From: Convolutriloba macropyga
Lineage: Eukaryota
Length of the DNA stretch: 64,000 nt
Direction: 5' to 3'
NCBI RefSeq assembly: GCF_964194025.1
Contig: NC_134473.1
Span: 2,170,001 to 2,234,000 of the forward strand
Below are positions 40,001-53,033 of the stretch, piece by piece; position 1 is the first letter of the stretch; every line of letters starts with the position of its first letter. A program made the translations under genes and the position numbers. The notes below the pieces were generated by a model. That model was not told the origin of the DNA. It ran no database searches and was given only the letters and a program-made list of their open reading frames with translations.

Positions 40001-41380
40001 TTCACAAATTTATACGAATACCAGAATTCTAATTTCGGCTGTTGTCCTCACATGAAAGCTGTTGTAATGTCAATGATATTATAATGGATCCTACTGAGCA
40101 TGACGAAGCCAAGCGTTTTCTTCAGTAGCTTATTCAAGGAGAATTGTTTAATTCCGAAAAAGACCTCTTGCAAAACAAACCCGTTAAACGGAGTAGCCAT
40201 ATTGCCCCATTTTCCGCTCTCGTCGGACTAAATGTTCTAATCCGTTCGGCTGGTTGCACCAAAGATATGTTGAAGGTGCTTTTAAGGTAAAACCAATCAT
40301 TCTAAAAGCAGGCCATATAATTGTGAAGATTTTTCTGCCTCATACCTACGGGAAAAACCACACTCAGGGCGTTTACTATCTGCAGGCTAAAGTACAGGAA
40401 CGTTATACCATCCTGAAATTACGGCCCTCACTGCGTTGGGTTCAATCTAACTGCGTCACCTGTAGAGTGTTCGGCGCAGCCATAATTCAACCCATCATGG
40501 CTGACCTCCCAGTAAAAAGACTCCCATACCAATCTGCTCCCTTCACAAACACCGGGGTTGGCTGCTTGGGACCGTTTTGCTTTACTGTGCGTACGACTAC
40601 CAATCCATTCATGGCAAAATTATTCCGTCCATGGACGCCAGTTCGTGCGTAATGGGAGTCAAGCGGTTTGTCTCCCGTCGAGATGCACCTGCCATTATTT
40701 GGCAGACAACTGTACTAAATTTGTCGGCGTTAAAAGTGAACTACACGAGAATATCGAAAAATGGAGTACAATCAATATTTGAAGCAAAACTTGCCCATAA
40801 AGGCATTAAGTGGATTTTCAACCCACACTGCGCACCACAACTAGTACGTAGTTTTAGGCGAACGCTTTACACTATCCTCGGTACTCGTTGCCTCACTGAC
40901 GAACTTTGGAACACTACTTTTTTGTCTCATGGAATGTGCAATGAGCGCACGCGCGTTAACTCCCATAAGAGCCGACCCATCCCACCGAGGCGCAATAACA
41001 CCTAACCATTTTCTATTTGGTAAACTAGCAAACGCAATTCCGTCAGTCTTTGTCTTCGACTAGGTCAGCCAACATAAGCACTACGCTCGCGCACAATCAT
41101 GAGCTAACGCAATTTGGTTTTGTTGGATCAAAGAGTACATCCCGACACAGAACGGACGTTCTAAGCGGCCAACGCCTGCCGAGGAACACCTAAAGACCGG
41201 TGACTTGGTTTGGGTAGTCGAAAAGACCAACACAAGGACTTACATCCCTACTGCTTGGATCACTGAACTACGTTACTATTCAGACAACGTCGCAAGCTCC
41301 ACCGTATTGCGCACGTTCACCGGATTGCTCGTCCACCCTCTTGTAAAGTTAGTACATATTCTCTCAACATCTTCTCTCTG
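34094..41380 (+). pseudogene. BEL/Pao gag-pol polyprotein, heavily disrupted
   Basis: Gag KFGQPQAVVSAHL..LNSF; knuckle CRKDGCDSSHNTLLH; protease LYDTACSNSW; RT INPNK.GKVR, LLTGPD, FYMVD; Pao-type TKR..LSLVSKVFGP, KARVAPMK.MTIPKL, WTDST; integrase CVTC, PIMADLP, PFTNTGV..LGPF, FVSRR; C-terminal WIKEY...LKTGDLVWV. Confidence 0.93.
37146..37920 (+). repeat. Internal duplication of BEL gag plus repeated post-protease segment
   Basis: 37200-37640 matches 35790-36210; the ~130-bp gaaataataaa.gtag.ttc block occurs at ~37035, ~37670 and ~37805. Confidence 0.85.
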
Positions 41381-41390
41381 AGCTTGAGGA

Positions 41391-41862
41391 TGTTACTGAG
41401 TAAATAAAACAATCAGACGTAAGCGAGGGAGAATATTAGCCAATCAGAATCGAGTAATTGAATATGGATTTAAATGAATAAAATATGCAAACAAATCTTT
41501 CCAATTTACCTACATAGCTCGAAAAAAAATTGTTTCACATAATTTTAAGTCATCGTAATACTAAATCTTTTTAACTGAGGCAATATTTGCCTTAAAAAAT
41601 TCCGGTTTTTGGACTCATCGGTACAAAATGGTGGCTGACCTTGAACTGATTTGTTATCAGAGAAAATACCGGAGAATTGAGCATCATATATTGCCGCCTA
41701 AAGAACATCATGTTGCTAAGGTCGTAGCAATATTAATCCGTTGTCCTACGCTTATACGTTGATTTGTCGCTATACTTTGCTCTGTCAAAAACGTTGCCTT
41801 ATATCAATTTGAACAATGAAATGAATCTTCTAAAGAGTATTTTAACACTTTTACTTTTTACA
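41391..41862 (+). repeat. BEL 3' LTR
   Basis: Preceded by gagcttgagga; ends ttttaca. Confidence 0.9.
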
Positions 41863-42217
41863 ATCATATTCCAAGTATTCTCGTCTTCTCTGTTTGAATT
41901 TGAGTAATTTTGCTCAGAAATTTTAACTTTCAGTTCTATATTTTTTCAAATACTCGAAAACCCCTTCGCAAAACAAAATTCTGATTGATTGCTGCAGCCA
42001 CTGTCTTTTGGCACCATTATCCCTCAGAAAAAAATTGTTTATTGTTTTGCCGTTTTAGACAGAAAAAAATTCCAGTTCTTGAGTTATTTAAAAAAGTACT
42101 GTGTTTCTTTATCTGCTGGAAAATTCTATATCTTTTTGAAAGGCCGTTAGCTTCAGATTTTCTTAAAAGCAATTGATTGAGCTTTTGGATTTTAATTTAA
42201 AAATACATGATCAGTTT

Positions 42218-42980
42218 TTGGTTACTAAGTCAATTGAGGAACCGCTCCAGCAACTAATCCTATTCGATAAGTTCAGTTCTTTTTACAAATTTCTACGAAA
42301 AACAGCATACATACTCCCGCTACTCCCGCTGTTGCCCTTGCCTGAATGCACCCCTAATGTCGATGATATTATATTGGATCTTAGTGAGCTTGACGAAGCC
42401 GAGCGTTATTTTCAAAACCTCCTTCAAGGAGAATCGTTTATTGCCGAAAGTAAAGACCTCCTGGAAAACAAACGCCTTAAACGGAGTATCCGTATTGCCC
42501 CGTTTTCCTCCTTCGTCGAACTAACTGGTGTAGTCCGCGTTCGGGTGGTTGCATCAAAGGATAGATCGAAGTTGATTTTGATTTATAACTTCCCATCATT
42601 TTTGAGGCACACCACTTAATAATAAAGGTGTTCCTGCGACACACCTACGTAAAAAAATCACCAGCGAGGCTTTAAATAACTGCGGGCTTAAGTAAAGGAA
42701 CGATATACCATCCTGAAGTTACGACCCTAACTGCGTTCTATTAAACCCAACTGGGTCACGTGCAGAATGTTCCGCGCAGCCAATATTCAATTCATCATGG
42801 CTGACCTTCCAGTAGAAAAACCCACATACAAGTCTCCTCCTTCACGAACAACGGGTCGACTACTTCGACCAGTTTCGCGTTGCTGTGCGTAGGACTACCG
42901 AGCTGTTCATGATTAAATTGTTCCGTCCATGGATGCCAGTTCGTGCTTAATGGGAGTGGAGCGGTTTGTCTCCCGTCAAG
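42218..42980 (+). pseudogene. Second copy of the BEL pre-integrase/integrase segment, outside the 3' LTR
   Basis: Matches 39945-40680 (QQLI.FD, ELDEAERY, KRS..IAPFS, atcatggctgacct.ccagta, gcggtttgtctcccgtc). Confidence 0.9.
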
Positions 42981-43199
42981 TTTTTTGAGTTGTTTAAAAG
43001 GTACTGGATTTCTGCAAATCTGAGAGAGACTGTTATATCTTTTTTAAAGGCCACTAACTTCAGTTTCTCTCAGAAGCAAACAATTGAGCGTTTGTATTTT
43101 AATTTTAAAATGCTTGGCAAGTTTTCAGTACTTCTGACGATATATTGCTCAAAAAATGATCATTTAAGTCTCAATTTTTCCAGTTTTCTCTCTGTAAGG

Positions 43200-45880
43200 C
43201 GTTGATCTCTTCAAGCCTGCCTGCGTCACTTCTGATTAAACAGTCCCCAACTCCTTCAAAATGGATTCCTTCTCAGTCTATAAGGCTACCAGATTCTTGC
43301 TGAAATTTTTTCTAATCATCTCCAAAATTTTTGACCCTCTGAGGCTTTCAGCAAGTTTATTGATGATTTTAATTCGGTTGATGTGTATCAAGTCCCTCTT
43401 GTTGTTTGCGCAGGCGTGGAGTCCGCTGCATTACTGAACGTCACTCTTGAATTAGCTGGGGTTGATTCTTTTGATGATTTAATACGATGAAAAATGATGT
43501 TTTTCATTGTTTTATTTCTTACAGTGATTGATTAAAATTGTTGTGTTCAATTGCAATACAATTTTTATGCGAAAAAATTTTTGCCCGTTTTTATACGTGG
43601 AATTTGCTCTTTTCCCGCTCAACTGAGGATGTTTAACAATATTGCATGTTCTCCTTGTTCACATTTTTTGAAGGGCAACATTCTCAACGTAATTACAATA
43701 CCGCTATCTGAGAAGTAGCCCTTATTTGTGGGCGGATTATGCTCGTTGGAATTAGAGTTCTGAAATGAAATGGGAACTTGTGATGCAATAGGCCTATATG
43801 AAAGATGATGTGATTTTTTACTAGAATAAAATAACTTCGACGCAAATGTCGAGGGTTGGTTAATTGTGTGAAGTTGTGGTGAGATTAACTTTTTAGAATT
43901 TAGCGATTTTTCATTTTCAAACGAAGGAGATGGCGAAACAACTTCTAAGATTGACCCTTTTGTAAAATGTGATTTAAGATATTTGTTAATGTGTTAACTG
44001 TTGATTTGAGTTTTAAAATATGCTTGAGTGAGTGCTCTGTTCTTGAATTGGTTGAGACAAAAATTTCATCGTATGTAGAAATAATTTCAGCGTTCGCATA
44101 TGGTTTCTGTTAAATGCAGTCGACTAGTCCCTTTTTTGCTTTTGCTTAGTGTTCGGTTGTGAAATTGTATGGAGTTAATCGAACTGCTCATCGAGATTGT
44201 CTACTGATGTCTGATTTATTTGTCCTGTGTTTCTTTTAAATCGAGTGTAATGCTAGATGATCAGCGATGACCGTAAAAATTCTCCCTAGAGATATTAATA
44301 TAAGTGATCACTTGTGGTGTTCCACAGAAGATTGTAAAATTCTGGAGGCAAAAGCTATAAGTTTCCATCCAGCAAATGCTATACTCTAATGCTGCCCCAA
44401 GAGGTGATCTGGATGCGTGGCATTTTAATCTCACTTCAAAATTTTTGTTGAAATGACAGTTTTCTGTGTTCGAAGCAATTTGTTTGTAATTTCTTAAAGA
44501 GGTCTTTCATATTCTTCGTTCTTACAAATTTCGTAGCCTTCTTTAATAATGGACGTAGTGGGTGACACAATTAATTAGTGAATGTTTTGAGTTCTTTATC
44601 GACAAAAACCGCTCTGCAGTTTGAGTACTCGCTAGTATTTTATAAGCGAAGCTTCGATTGATGATGCTACAAACAAACCCTTACTAAACTGTATGGGTAT
44701 AATCAAGTGTCCAACTTTTGTTGCGACGATGCTGGAAGTTGCAGCCAAATAGTCATTCTCTGATATACTATGGTAAACAAAGTTGTGTAGTTTATAAGAG
44801 ATGTCTATAACTACTCATTTAGTCTACATATTCATTTAGCTATGGTTGATTTGTCGGTATTGTTTAATACAAAGTTCCTTTTGTATTGCCTTTTGCGGGC
44901 ACTTTTGTCTGGACCTTGGTTCGCTATGAATCTCTTTTTTTGCATCGAAACAAGAATTTCTTCATGATATGAGTCGACAATTATTTCACGATATTGTGTC
45001 TTGGTTATGAATGAATAAATATGGCAGCAAATTAAATCTGCACCCATTACACATCACTCAATTAAAAATACAACATTGGGAAAATAATGGCCGTGTGATA
45101 GACCTTTTCCTAGAGATTCCCATTGGTATTAATTTTTTTGAATGTTTCGATTCAATATTCTGCTGCTAAATTTACCTTTTAAGAAAAATTAAACAATTTT
45201 TTTTCCTATACAACCATTAAAAAATAGTGGTCCAGTTGTCATATGAATAGATTTCTCCTTCAGTTGTCATTCATCATTCTTACGAAGATCGCCTTTTTCA
45301 TTATTAGCTTTTATGCATATTCCAGTTATTCTCGCCTTCTCTGCTTGAATTTGACTAATATTGCTCAGGAAATTTAAATTTTTTGTTTTTTTTCCAAATA
45401 CTCAAAAACAATTTCAAACTCGGATTAGGAGAAGGAACCACAATTTTTAGCAGCCTTTCTGCCTCAGAAAATTTCACCCGTTGTATTGCCGTTTTAGACA
45501 GAAATATATGCAGTGTTTGAGTAATTTAAAAAGGTCCTGGAAATTATTATCTGCTAAAAACTTTTTTTGAAAGGCCGCTAACTTCAGACTTTCTAAGAAG
45601 CTAATAAATGAGTTTTTTGATTTTAATTTAAAATTGCAGGACCAGTTTCAGTACTTCTGGCGATATATTGTTCCAAAAAATTTTTGAAGTCTAATTTTTT
45701 TCCAGTTTTCTTGCTGTAAATGATTACATGTCAGCCTCTTTTCTTGAGCTGCTATTTGGTCTCTTTTATTTCAGGTCTGGGATTGCTGCTTTGCTGGCAC
45801 TCTCTTTTTCATGTGATTCACTTGACAACGTAACTTCATTTTTGTTAACTTCGAGTCACTTCTGAAAAAGTCTCTTCTGT
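43200..45880 (-). mobile_element. Decayed Ty3/gypsy copy 2, internally deleted (RT core missing)
   Basis: 43370-44570 matches 27560-28770; 44610-45320 matches 29790-30693; 45320-45720 matches 41868-42215 and 42980-43200. Confidence 0.88.
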
Positions 45881-48284
45881 CCAATTAAATGTATGTTTAC
45901 TTTCGAGATTACTAGTCATATTCAGAATTAAAAACATATTTCCTACAAAAAATTACACGCATATTGTTTGTATATTCCGATAAAAACTTGAGCTTAATTT
46001 TACCCAACAGCACTACTCATTTGATTGCCATTTATTTTTCGAACCAAAAACAATAAAAGTGATGATTTTTTCCGTCTGCTGATTTTGTAGCTTTATTGTT
46101 TTTTTACATAAGTCTTGAATGCATAGCACTTCTAAAACGTAAGCAGCAGTTGAAAACATTTTTTTAAAAAAAATGGAAGTTGCCCTGTGTTTCTAAAAGT
46201 AGCAGCGGCAACAATTGTTCCGCTTCTCGCTTCCACAAAAGCATTCCATTCCTTGGATTGGCTTTCTAAACAATTGTAATTGCAGTTTTCGTATAATTGA
46301 TTAGTTTTCTAGGGTTGTTTGTTGCTTAAAACGTTTAAAATCTTTCAATGTTGTCAGGTTGATTCATTTAAAGTTGCTACGAAAGAAGAAAATGAACATC
46401 AGTTGGTAGTTTCAGGGCCAGTTAATATTGACTCACCGTATACTTTCCGAAAAGGCAACTTTTTTCGCAGTTTTGTTGATATGAAAGCGTATATTTCTGT
46501 TTTTTCTTTGAATTGCTTTTTTCTGTGTTAATTGAAATTTTGAGTGATTGCCTTGCTGGAACCGTCGCTTTTCTGATCTCGCATTCGACAATTTAATTTC
46601 GATTAAAAATAATAAAGTAATTAAAAATTTTCTGCAAAAACTCAATGTGCTCAAAGAAATTCATGCTGACTTCAACTCTAATATGATGATTCGTAGCCAT
46701 ACCCAAGAAGAAAAAAAAAATTGGTAAACTTTAGCACAAACTAATTTTGCATAGCTCGTAATTTCTGTTAAAAGAGAAAATGTACCACTTCCTGGCTATT
46801 CAGTAATCTGCCCCGCAAGAATAACAGTATCATGGTAGTAATTTTTTCCATTTTCTGCTCTTTTTTTGTTTGCTTCTGTTAATTTTTGCATGGATTTATC
46901 AAGTTGTTGAGAAAACTTAAACTCTGCGTGTTACTCTTTTTCTATTTTTTTGACATTTTGGCAGTTAATAACACAATTTTTCCCAATATGCATTTTCGAA
47001 AAAGTTGTCGCATTGGTTTTTTTAAATCCAAACTAATTACATATCTTGAACTACATTGATCATTGCTTGTATGTAATTCATCATATGTATCACATTTTCA
47101 TTATAATCCATTCAACTCTGTATTTTCAAGTACGTTCATTTGAATTAAAATGTGGAAAAAACTTACTGTTTCTGGAGTTTACTGCCTATAAAGAAGTCAC
47201 CATGGAGTGGTTTTTCGTTTCAGTCGTCAAATATTCCTGCAACACAAAAATCTAGCCAATTAAATAAAGTTTCTTCCGTTTTATGACACAGAGCATCAAA
47301 ATTAGGCATGTTACGTTAAATAAGCGTCAAATTTTTGCAGTTTTTGTTATAATTTCGTTTCGCTTCACTCTAGAAAATATGAAACATTTAATCTCTTGAA
47401 AACATATGTTCAATTTTTTTTTCTGCGGATAAAATTCTTACTAGAAATCAGATGCTGTCAGATTTCCTGATAAAAGACTTGAAATTTTCTTCTACAGAGT
47501 CACGTTACCTTTCTCTAAATATATACCTTGCATCTTCCACAGGAGGCTTCGCCTATCAAAAAATTTGTCAATAGTGATTTTTTTTTATTTTCTTTATTTG
47601 GGTGTATGTGTGCTTTGAAGTTGACATGAAATAATCTTCAATTCAACAGAAAAAAATAAAACGTGTAAACACATTTTCATTGGTATAAGATTTGTTGCAG
47701 GCAATGCGGAAAAGTGCAGATGTAAACTAGGGGGCATATGTGAAAAAGAAAACAAAAAAATATAATTGTACCTCTTCCCATCTATATTGTCTCTCATTCC
47801 CAATTTTCGCGGGTTCATTACATTTTTCGAAGCATACTTAACAAAAATAAGCTTCAGCTTCACTTTTGGCCCAGAAGATTTGTTTCAGTGCAATCGATAA
47901 ATTATTTTGATTATTTCAGAATTCGGTTTTTCCGAGGAATCTAGTTTCATGAAAAATCCATTGAACAATATCTAGGTTTTGGGATCAAAGATTTTGCGGA
48001 ATTTAAAAGTATCTGGTTACAACAAGCTGACAAAATGGAAATCATCTCGTCGACCTTTCTAGTACAGGTAAATTTGCAAACTCTCTTCGTTCCGATTTAT
48101 CTCATCTCTTTAATCAGGCTTTTTTTTTATGCAAAAGTTAACTCTCTCCCGAGTCTTTGTTATGAATTAAAATAATATAAAGATCCGCTTATCACATGAA
48201 CGGTGAAAGCCAAGCTCTAGCTAGTGGTGAATTTTTGTACTAAAAATAAATATTTAGCTCTTATATATTTTCTCTTATGTGAAG

Positions 48285-48599
48285 TCGAGATGGATTTGAC
48301 CCGGTTTATTTTTTTAATCGCCCATTTTTTATAACTCTATCAAGATATTCAAAAAATGTGTTTTTGAAGGCCGTTTTGATTGGAGTTGTTCTATTTCTAA
48401 ACCTGTACTGCCTTGGAGTTCTGATATTCAACAAGAAACTGCATTCGCTTGACTACTACTTTGTATTTATGCAAACTGTCACTGAAATCTGTGGTTCAGT
48501 CGGAGTCATTGGAATAGTGACAAGCGTTCTGAAATCGTGGCAGAGTGAGAATGATGTTTGTTATATGAGAGAACAGGGTGTCTTTAACCCGTATTACAT
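48285..48599 (+). CDS. Rhodopsin-like (class A) 7TM receptor, exon A (TM1-TM2); 5' boundary and start codon uncertain
   Basis: Frame open from 48283: ...VFLKAVLIGVVLFLNLYCLGVLIFNKKLHSLDYYFVFMQTVTEICGSVGVIGIV..., with TM1 Asn and a KKL ICL1. Donor AT|gtagtt (phase 2) matches the exon B acceptor. Confidence 0.7.
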
Positions 48600-48700
48600 G
48601 TAGTTACTGTCGAAACAGATTTGTGAATTAAGTTTAGCTGGGAGTTTTAGTTTAAAACATTTTGCGTCTACCTGGATATTCATAGACTATGGTACGGTTC

Positions 48701-49218
48701 CCGGGTCGAGGTTTGAAGTTGAATTTTTGTAAAAAATGCAGTGAAATGCGTTGAAAAATTTTTTTCACCGCCTATTTCTGACATATTTTTGCGAAGAATG
48801 CGGTAAATTGCGTGAATTATTTATTTTCACCGCATTCTCGGTATTCCTACAAAAAAATCCTCAGTACACGGGTTCGAACCTCTCATCTCCTTCATATCCT
48901 CAACTTTCTTTTCGAGTGCACCAATTGCCACTTAATTCTATGACAATTCTGGTGAATTTAAATCATATTCAAAAAACGTTGAAAAACAAAAACAAATGCG
49001 GTGATTTTTGTGTTAAAATTTTGTTAGAAATACTGTTTCATCGCATTCACCGCAAAAACTAAATGCGGAGGATTTTGACGAACTTTTGTAAGAAATGCGG
49101 TGACGTTAAGTGAATTAATTTTTTCGACTGCAATCATCGAAGTTCTTAAAAAATTACCGCATATCTTACAAAAATTTACCGCATATCTTACAAATATTCA
49201 ACCGAAAACCTTGACCTA
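48701..49218. mobile_element. MITE (~515 bp) in GPCR intron 1
   Basis: TIR ggtcgaggtttgaagttgaatttttgtaa pairs with ttacaaatattcaaccgaaaaccttgacc; many tgcggt/accgca subterminal motifs in both orientations. Confidence 0.8.
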
Positions 49219-49219
49219 T

Positions 49220-49930
49220 ATATAATCTTGCAACAAAGATGCACCAATTAGGGAAATTAAACAGAGCTCATTGTCAAAACTGTAGTTTTATGTATTCATT
49301 AACATTATTTCAAAACTGATTATAATTGCTGTTAATCACTCAAAAATGGAACTGAAACGTTTTTGTTAAGAACATATTAGTGAAGAATTTGGTTTGTCTT
49401 GACAAATTGAAGCAAATTGAAATGATAAAGCAATGCAGCTACGCGTTACTCTGAAGAATTGGGGATTAGCAAAGAAAACCAATCATCAAAAGCACTATCA
49501 AAAATCTTTTGTGAACTTTCCGAAATTGGAAAAAAATTGAGAGTTTCTGTCGCTCGTCCCTTCAAAAGTTTCGTGAAATCAGCAAGCTGCCAAATTGAAC
49601 GTTTTGGCCATTGTTTGACCCCATCTCAGGAAGATCACGGAAAGGTTTACTTGTTACTATGATAGTGAAAACTTGCTATCATGGTTTAGTAAATCAAAGA
49701 TTTCTGAAAGATCAAATCGATTTGTCCGTAGATTCAGTATAACTTGCCTGTCATTCTAAACTCTGGTCATGTTTACACGTTATGCAACAGAATTTCCAGA
49801 GAATTATGTGAAACGGCTGCTTTCCTGTCAATGACAAGGAAAGTTTTGTTACCGACCAGTTCGTAATAAGCGTTTCACAGGCTTTAGCGATACTCTAGAT
49901 TAACTTTGCATTAACCGTTGATTTAATAAT
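49220..49930 (+). mobile_element. Probable Penelope-like element 3' fragment (RT thumb, linker, GIY-YIG endonuclease), decayed
   Basis: Across frames: LDKLKQI; LSEIGKKLRVSV; GKVYLLL...KTCYHG; LACHSK.SGH. These resemble the VVY..C..C...YIG...LA.H....GH pattern of PLE endonucleases. Confidence 0.45.
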
Positions 49931-51968
49931 CCAAATAACTAATCGCTCAGCATTGTTGAATAATGAATTCGTTCGTTGAACTACTCAAATAATTAAAATC
50001 AAGTAATCAAATATTTTCTAAGTTTTGCAAATTCGAAGTTTATGTGTTTAAATCAAACTGTAGGTTGCTCACTGTATGTATTTTTAAACGAACCCAACAA
50101 GGACCCTTCAATTTAAAAACAGAACGCGATTCACAGAGGAAAATTCGTATTTTCCCATTAGCGGACTTGAAGTATTGGTCAAAACACAGATTCTTTCTTT
50201 AGACACAGGGACCAAAGCCGTAGAGATGAAGTAGCATCTCAATTTTTTGCTTGGAAAACTCTAATCTTTGGACTGCAAATCTATCTTACACCGCCTAATA
50301 CTTTCAAAACATGTAATCAATCGGTCGGCTGATCAAAGAAAAAAAAATTTTTTCTTTGACCTGCTGTTAGATTTCACAGGTTCTTTGATAACCTTTCTTT
50401 GAAGTTAACTAAAATTTCATTACCGAATCCGTGGTCATATAAATTACAAGTGTTACGGTAGCGCAACACAGTATATTACTGTTCAAGTGAGATTGCGACA
50501 ACCCGCAGTTTATTTCAATTTAACACCCATGGAATTTAACACTGTTGCTGTTTAAGTTCTTTCTATTGTCTGCTATTTCGATTGTACATTTCAATTCTCA
50601 ACCGTATATTGTGTTAATCTAACTTGGTCGACATAGCTCCAAGACTCGGACCATTTTCCATTTAAAAATGACGTCATGAGTTGATTCTTAACCATGTAGA
50701 TTAGCCATAGAAATTTTCATAAAGACGTCGGCATTTCGGTGTAAAATTGACCCATTAATCTATAATAAAGCGTACTCCGTGTTTATATATTTAGGAACGA
50801 GATATGTCGGCATATAATGACTCAGTTTTGCTCTGAATGCGTCTCTAAATTTGCTTCTATAAAAAAAAACTTCTGGCAAAATTAGTAATGCCCGGCCTCT
50901 ACATTATTCGTACTTTCAAATGGAGCCCACATTATAAACAATTATAAAAAAAATGTATAAAAATTTAATTCGAAATTTGTTCATTGCTTTTGCATCCGAT
51001 ATTATGCAGATCAGCAACACCTGTAAAATAATGACAGATATCGATGACGAATACCTTATCTGTCCTTTACAGGTTTTTTGATGTCAATATGAGGGTTTAT
51101 ATAAACTCTTTTGTCTGTCCCGTTCAGAAGAAAGTGTTCTGTTTTTGGAGTCCGAAGTTATCAATTGTTTGACAAATGAACAATCTAACGCTTCAACGGA
51201 GCAGGACAGAAGAACAAAACGCCCCCAATATACTAATTATTAACTTCAATAATTTCAATTTTTCATATAAATTGATTGAATGAAACTAGGTAGCTTAACG
51301 ATAGCGGTCTTCTTCACATTGGACATAAGAAAAAGATGTAAAAAAAATGTGTCCCTTTCAAAATTGTGATTGATCAGTGTTTTGAAAAACACAGACTATT
51401 AATTGATTTTCGATTCATTCAAAATTTCTAAAGAAGGAGAATTGCTTCCTACTTTTTGATCATCAGAGTACAATTAAATAGCACGCAAAATTTTTTGATG
51501 CCAGAAGAGGTTCTCAAGAAATTTTTTGTGATTCTGTCTGGAAAACAGACGTGTGAAGTGCTTTGCAGTAAACTTCATCCAAAACAGACTTGGATCGATT
51601 TAAGACCTAGATGAAAAAAGAATGAGGTGATTTATTGAACTTATGTCTCTTTTAAGGATTAATTGAGTCGAAAATTGAAAATAGTTGTTAGTTACACATT
51701 TTGAGTCTAGCATGTTTTTTTCAAACTTTTTCATTATTGTGGCCCTTTCAGAAGCTTAGGCATGAACCTAGAAATCTATTTGCGCCATTACTGTCAGATT
51801 TTCTTGAGATGGCGTTAAGATCCTGTTCCGGCTATGACGATTGAATAATCCAATATTAATCTGACCTCTATTCAAGCCATTAATAGCTCAATCTTACAGA
51901 AAAAAGTAGTGTCTACTAAAAAAAATATGGACGAAAAAGATTCCAAATCATTCGACATTAACTTTCAG

Positions 51969-52308
51969 GCACTTGTGGGTATATAATTACGAACCAGATT
52001 GTAATCTTGGCAAAATTCATCAAAAAATGTTTTGGAAGAAGGAGATTTCCGCTAGGGCAGTTTTATTAATGCATTCTATCAGAACTCTCAATACTTTCTT
52101 TTATGCGTTTTCTATTTCGGGCTTTGCGATTGAAAGATATTTTCTGGTTTGCAAAGCAACGGAAAACACTTTTGTGAAAAGAACCACATCGAAAACTGTT
52201 TTCTATGTTGCTACGACGGTGTGTCCTTTTCTATTCTGGTTACCTTTTCTTGCAGTACTATTTTGGGATAAGTTGTCTCTTTTCACGGGCCTACAACTTT
52301 TTGCCTAT
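51969..52308 (+). CDS. 7TM receptor exon B (ECL1-TM3-ICL2-TM4)
   Basis: Acceptor actttcag|G (phase 2); TM3 ends SISGFAIERYFLVCK (E/DRY motif); TM4 VFYVATTVCPFLFWLPFLAVLFW; candidate donor TAT|gtcagc (phase 0). Confidence 0.8.
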
Positions 52309-52837
52309 GTCAGCAGTTTTCTTGAACTAACTTCTATATTGTTCTTGAACAGCAACAGTCGATTTTAGTTCTGAAATCTATACTACAGTAATTTTTTTTT
52401 AAAATTCTATATATTATTTGATCACATTGATTCGATTTTTCATGCATCAATAAAAGCATAAATTCGTTCCATTTTTGCGAAGTCGGGTTCAATAAATTAG
52501 CATCTGACCTTAATTTGTACAAAGATTTCTCAATTATTTTTTGGGGTTACTCTTTAAAGGCTTGGTCTTTTATTATAAATAATTCGGCTATTAGGTTTAA
52601 AAAAGTAAGAGAATGAATTTTAATAGGTTGTTTCTTTATCTGCTCTATGAATTGAACAATGTTTTCCGGGAAGTTAGCTCGGGGTGTAAAAAAACACAGG
52701 CTGTAGAATATCGGAGACGACTAGCAGAGTCGTACAATATGAACTCTTTTCTAACCCCACCTAATTCAGAAGAATGAAGAACAAAATTGAAAAAGCCATG
52801 TACAGTGAGAAAAAAAGAGATAATTTTTAGTGAGTTT

Positions 52838-53033
52838 NNNNNNNNNNNNNNNNNNNNNNNNNNNNNNNNNNNNNNNNNNNNNNNNNNNNNNNNNNNNNNN
52901 NNNNNNNNNNNNNNNNNNNNNNNNNNNNNNNNNNNNNNNNNNNNNNNNNNNNNNNNNNNNNNNNNNNNNNNNNNNNNNNNNNNNNNNNNNNNNNNNNNNN
53001 NNNNNNNNNNNNNNNNNNNNNNNNNNNNNNNNN
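52838..53033. other. Assembly gap (N run)
   Basis: Run of n characters. Confidence 1.

Larger units (their letters stand above)
30694..41862 (+). mobile_element. Full-length decayed BEL/Pao LTR retrotransposon nested in gypsy copy 1
   Basis: LTRs at 30694-31152 and 41391-41862 (tgttactga...ttaca), TGGTG PBS, gagga PPT, BEL-type gag-pol motifs; the flanks rejoin as in the empty paralogous site at ~45300-45340. Confidence 0.95.

Noticed and set aside
47945-48067. Open stretch ending CAG|gtaaat as the first GPCR exon
   Set aside because: Its phase-0 donor does not fit the candidate acceptors of exon A (48285 and 48345, both phase 2).
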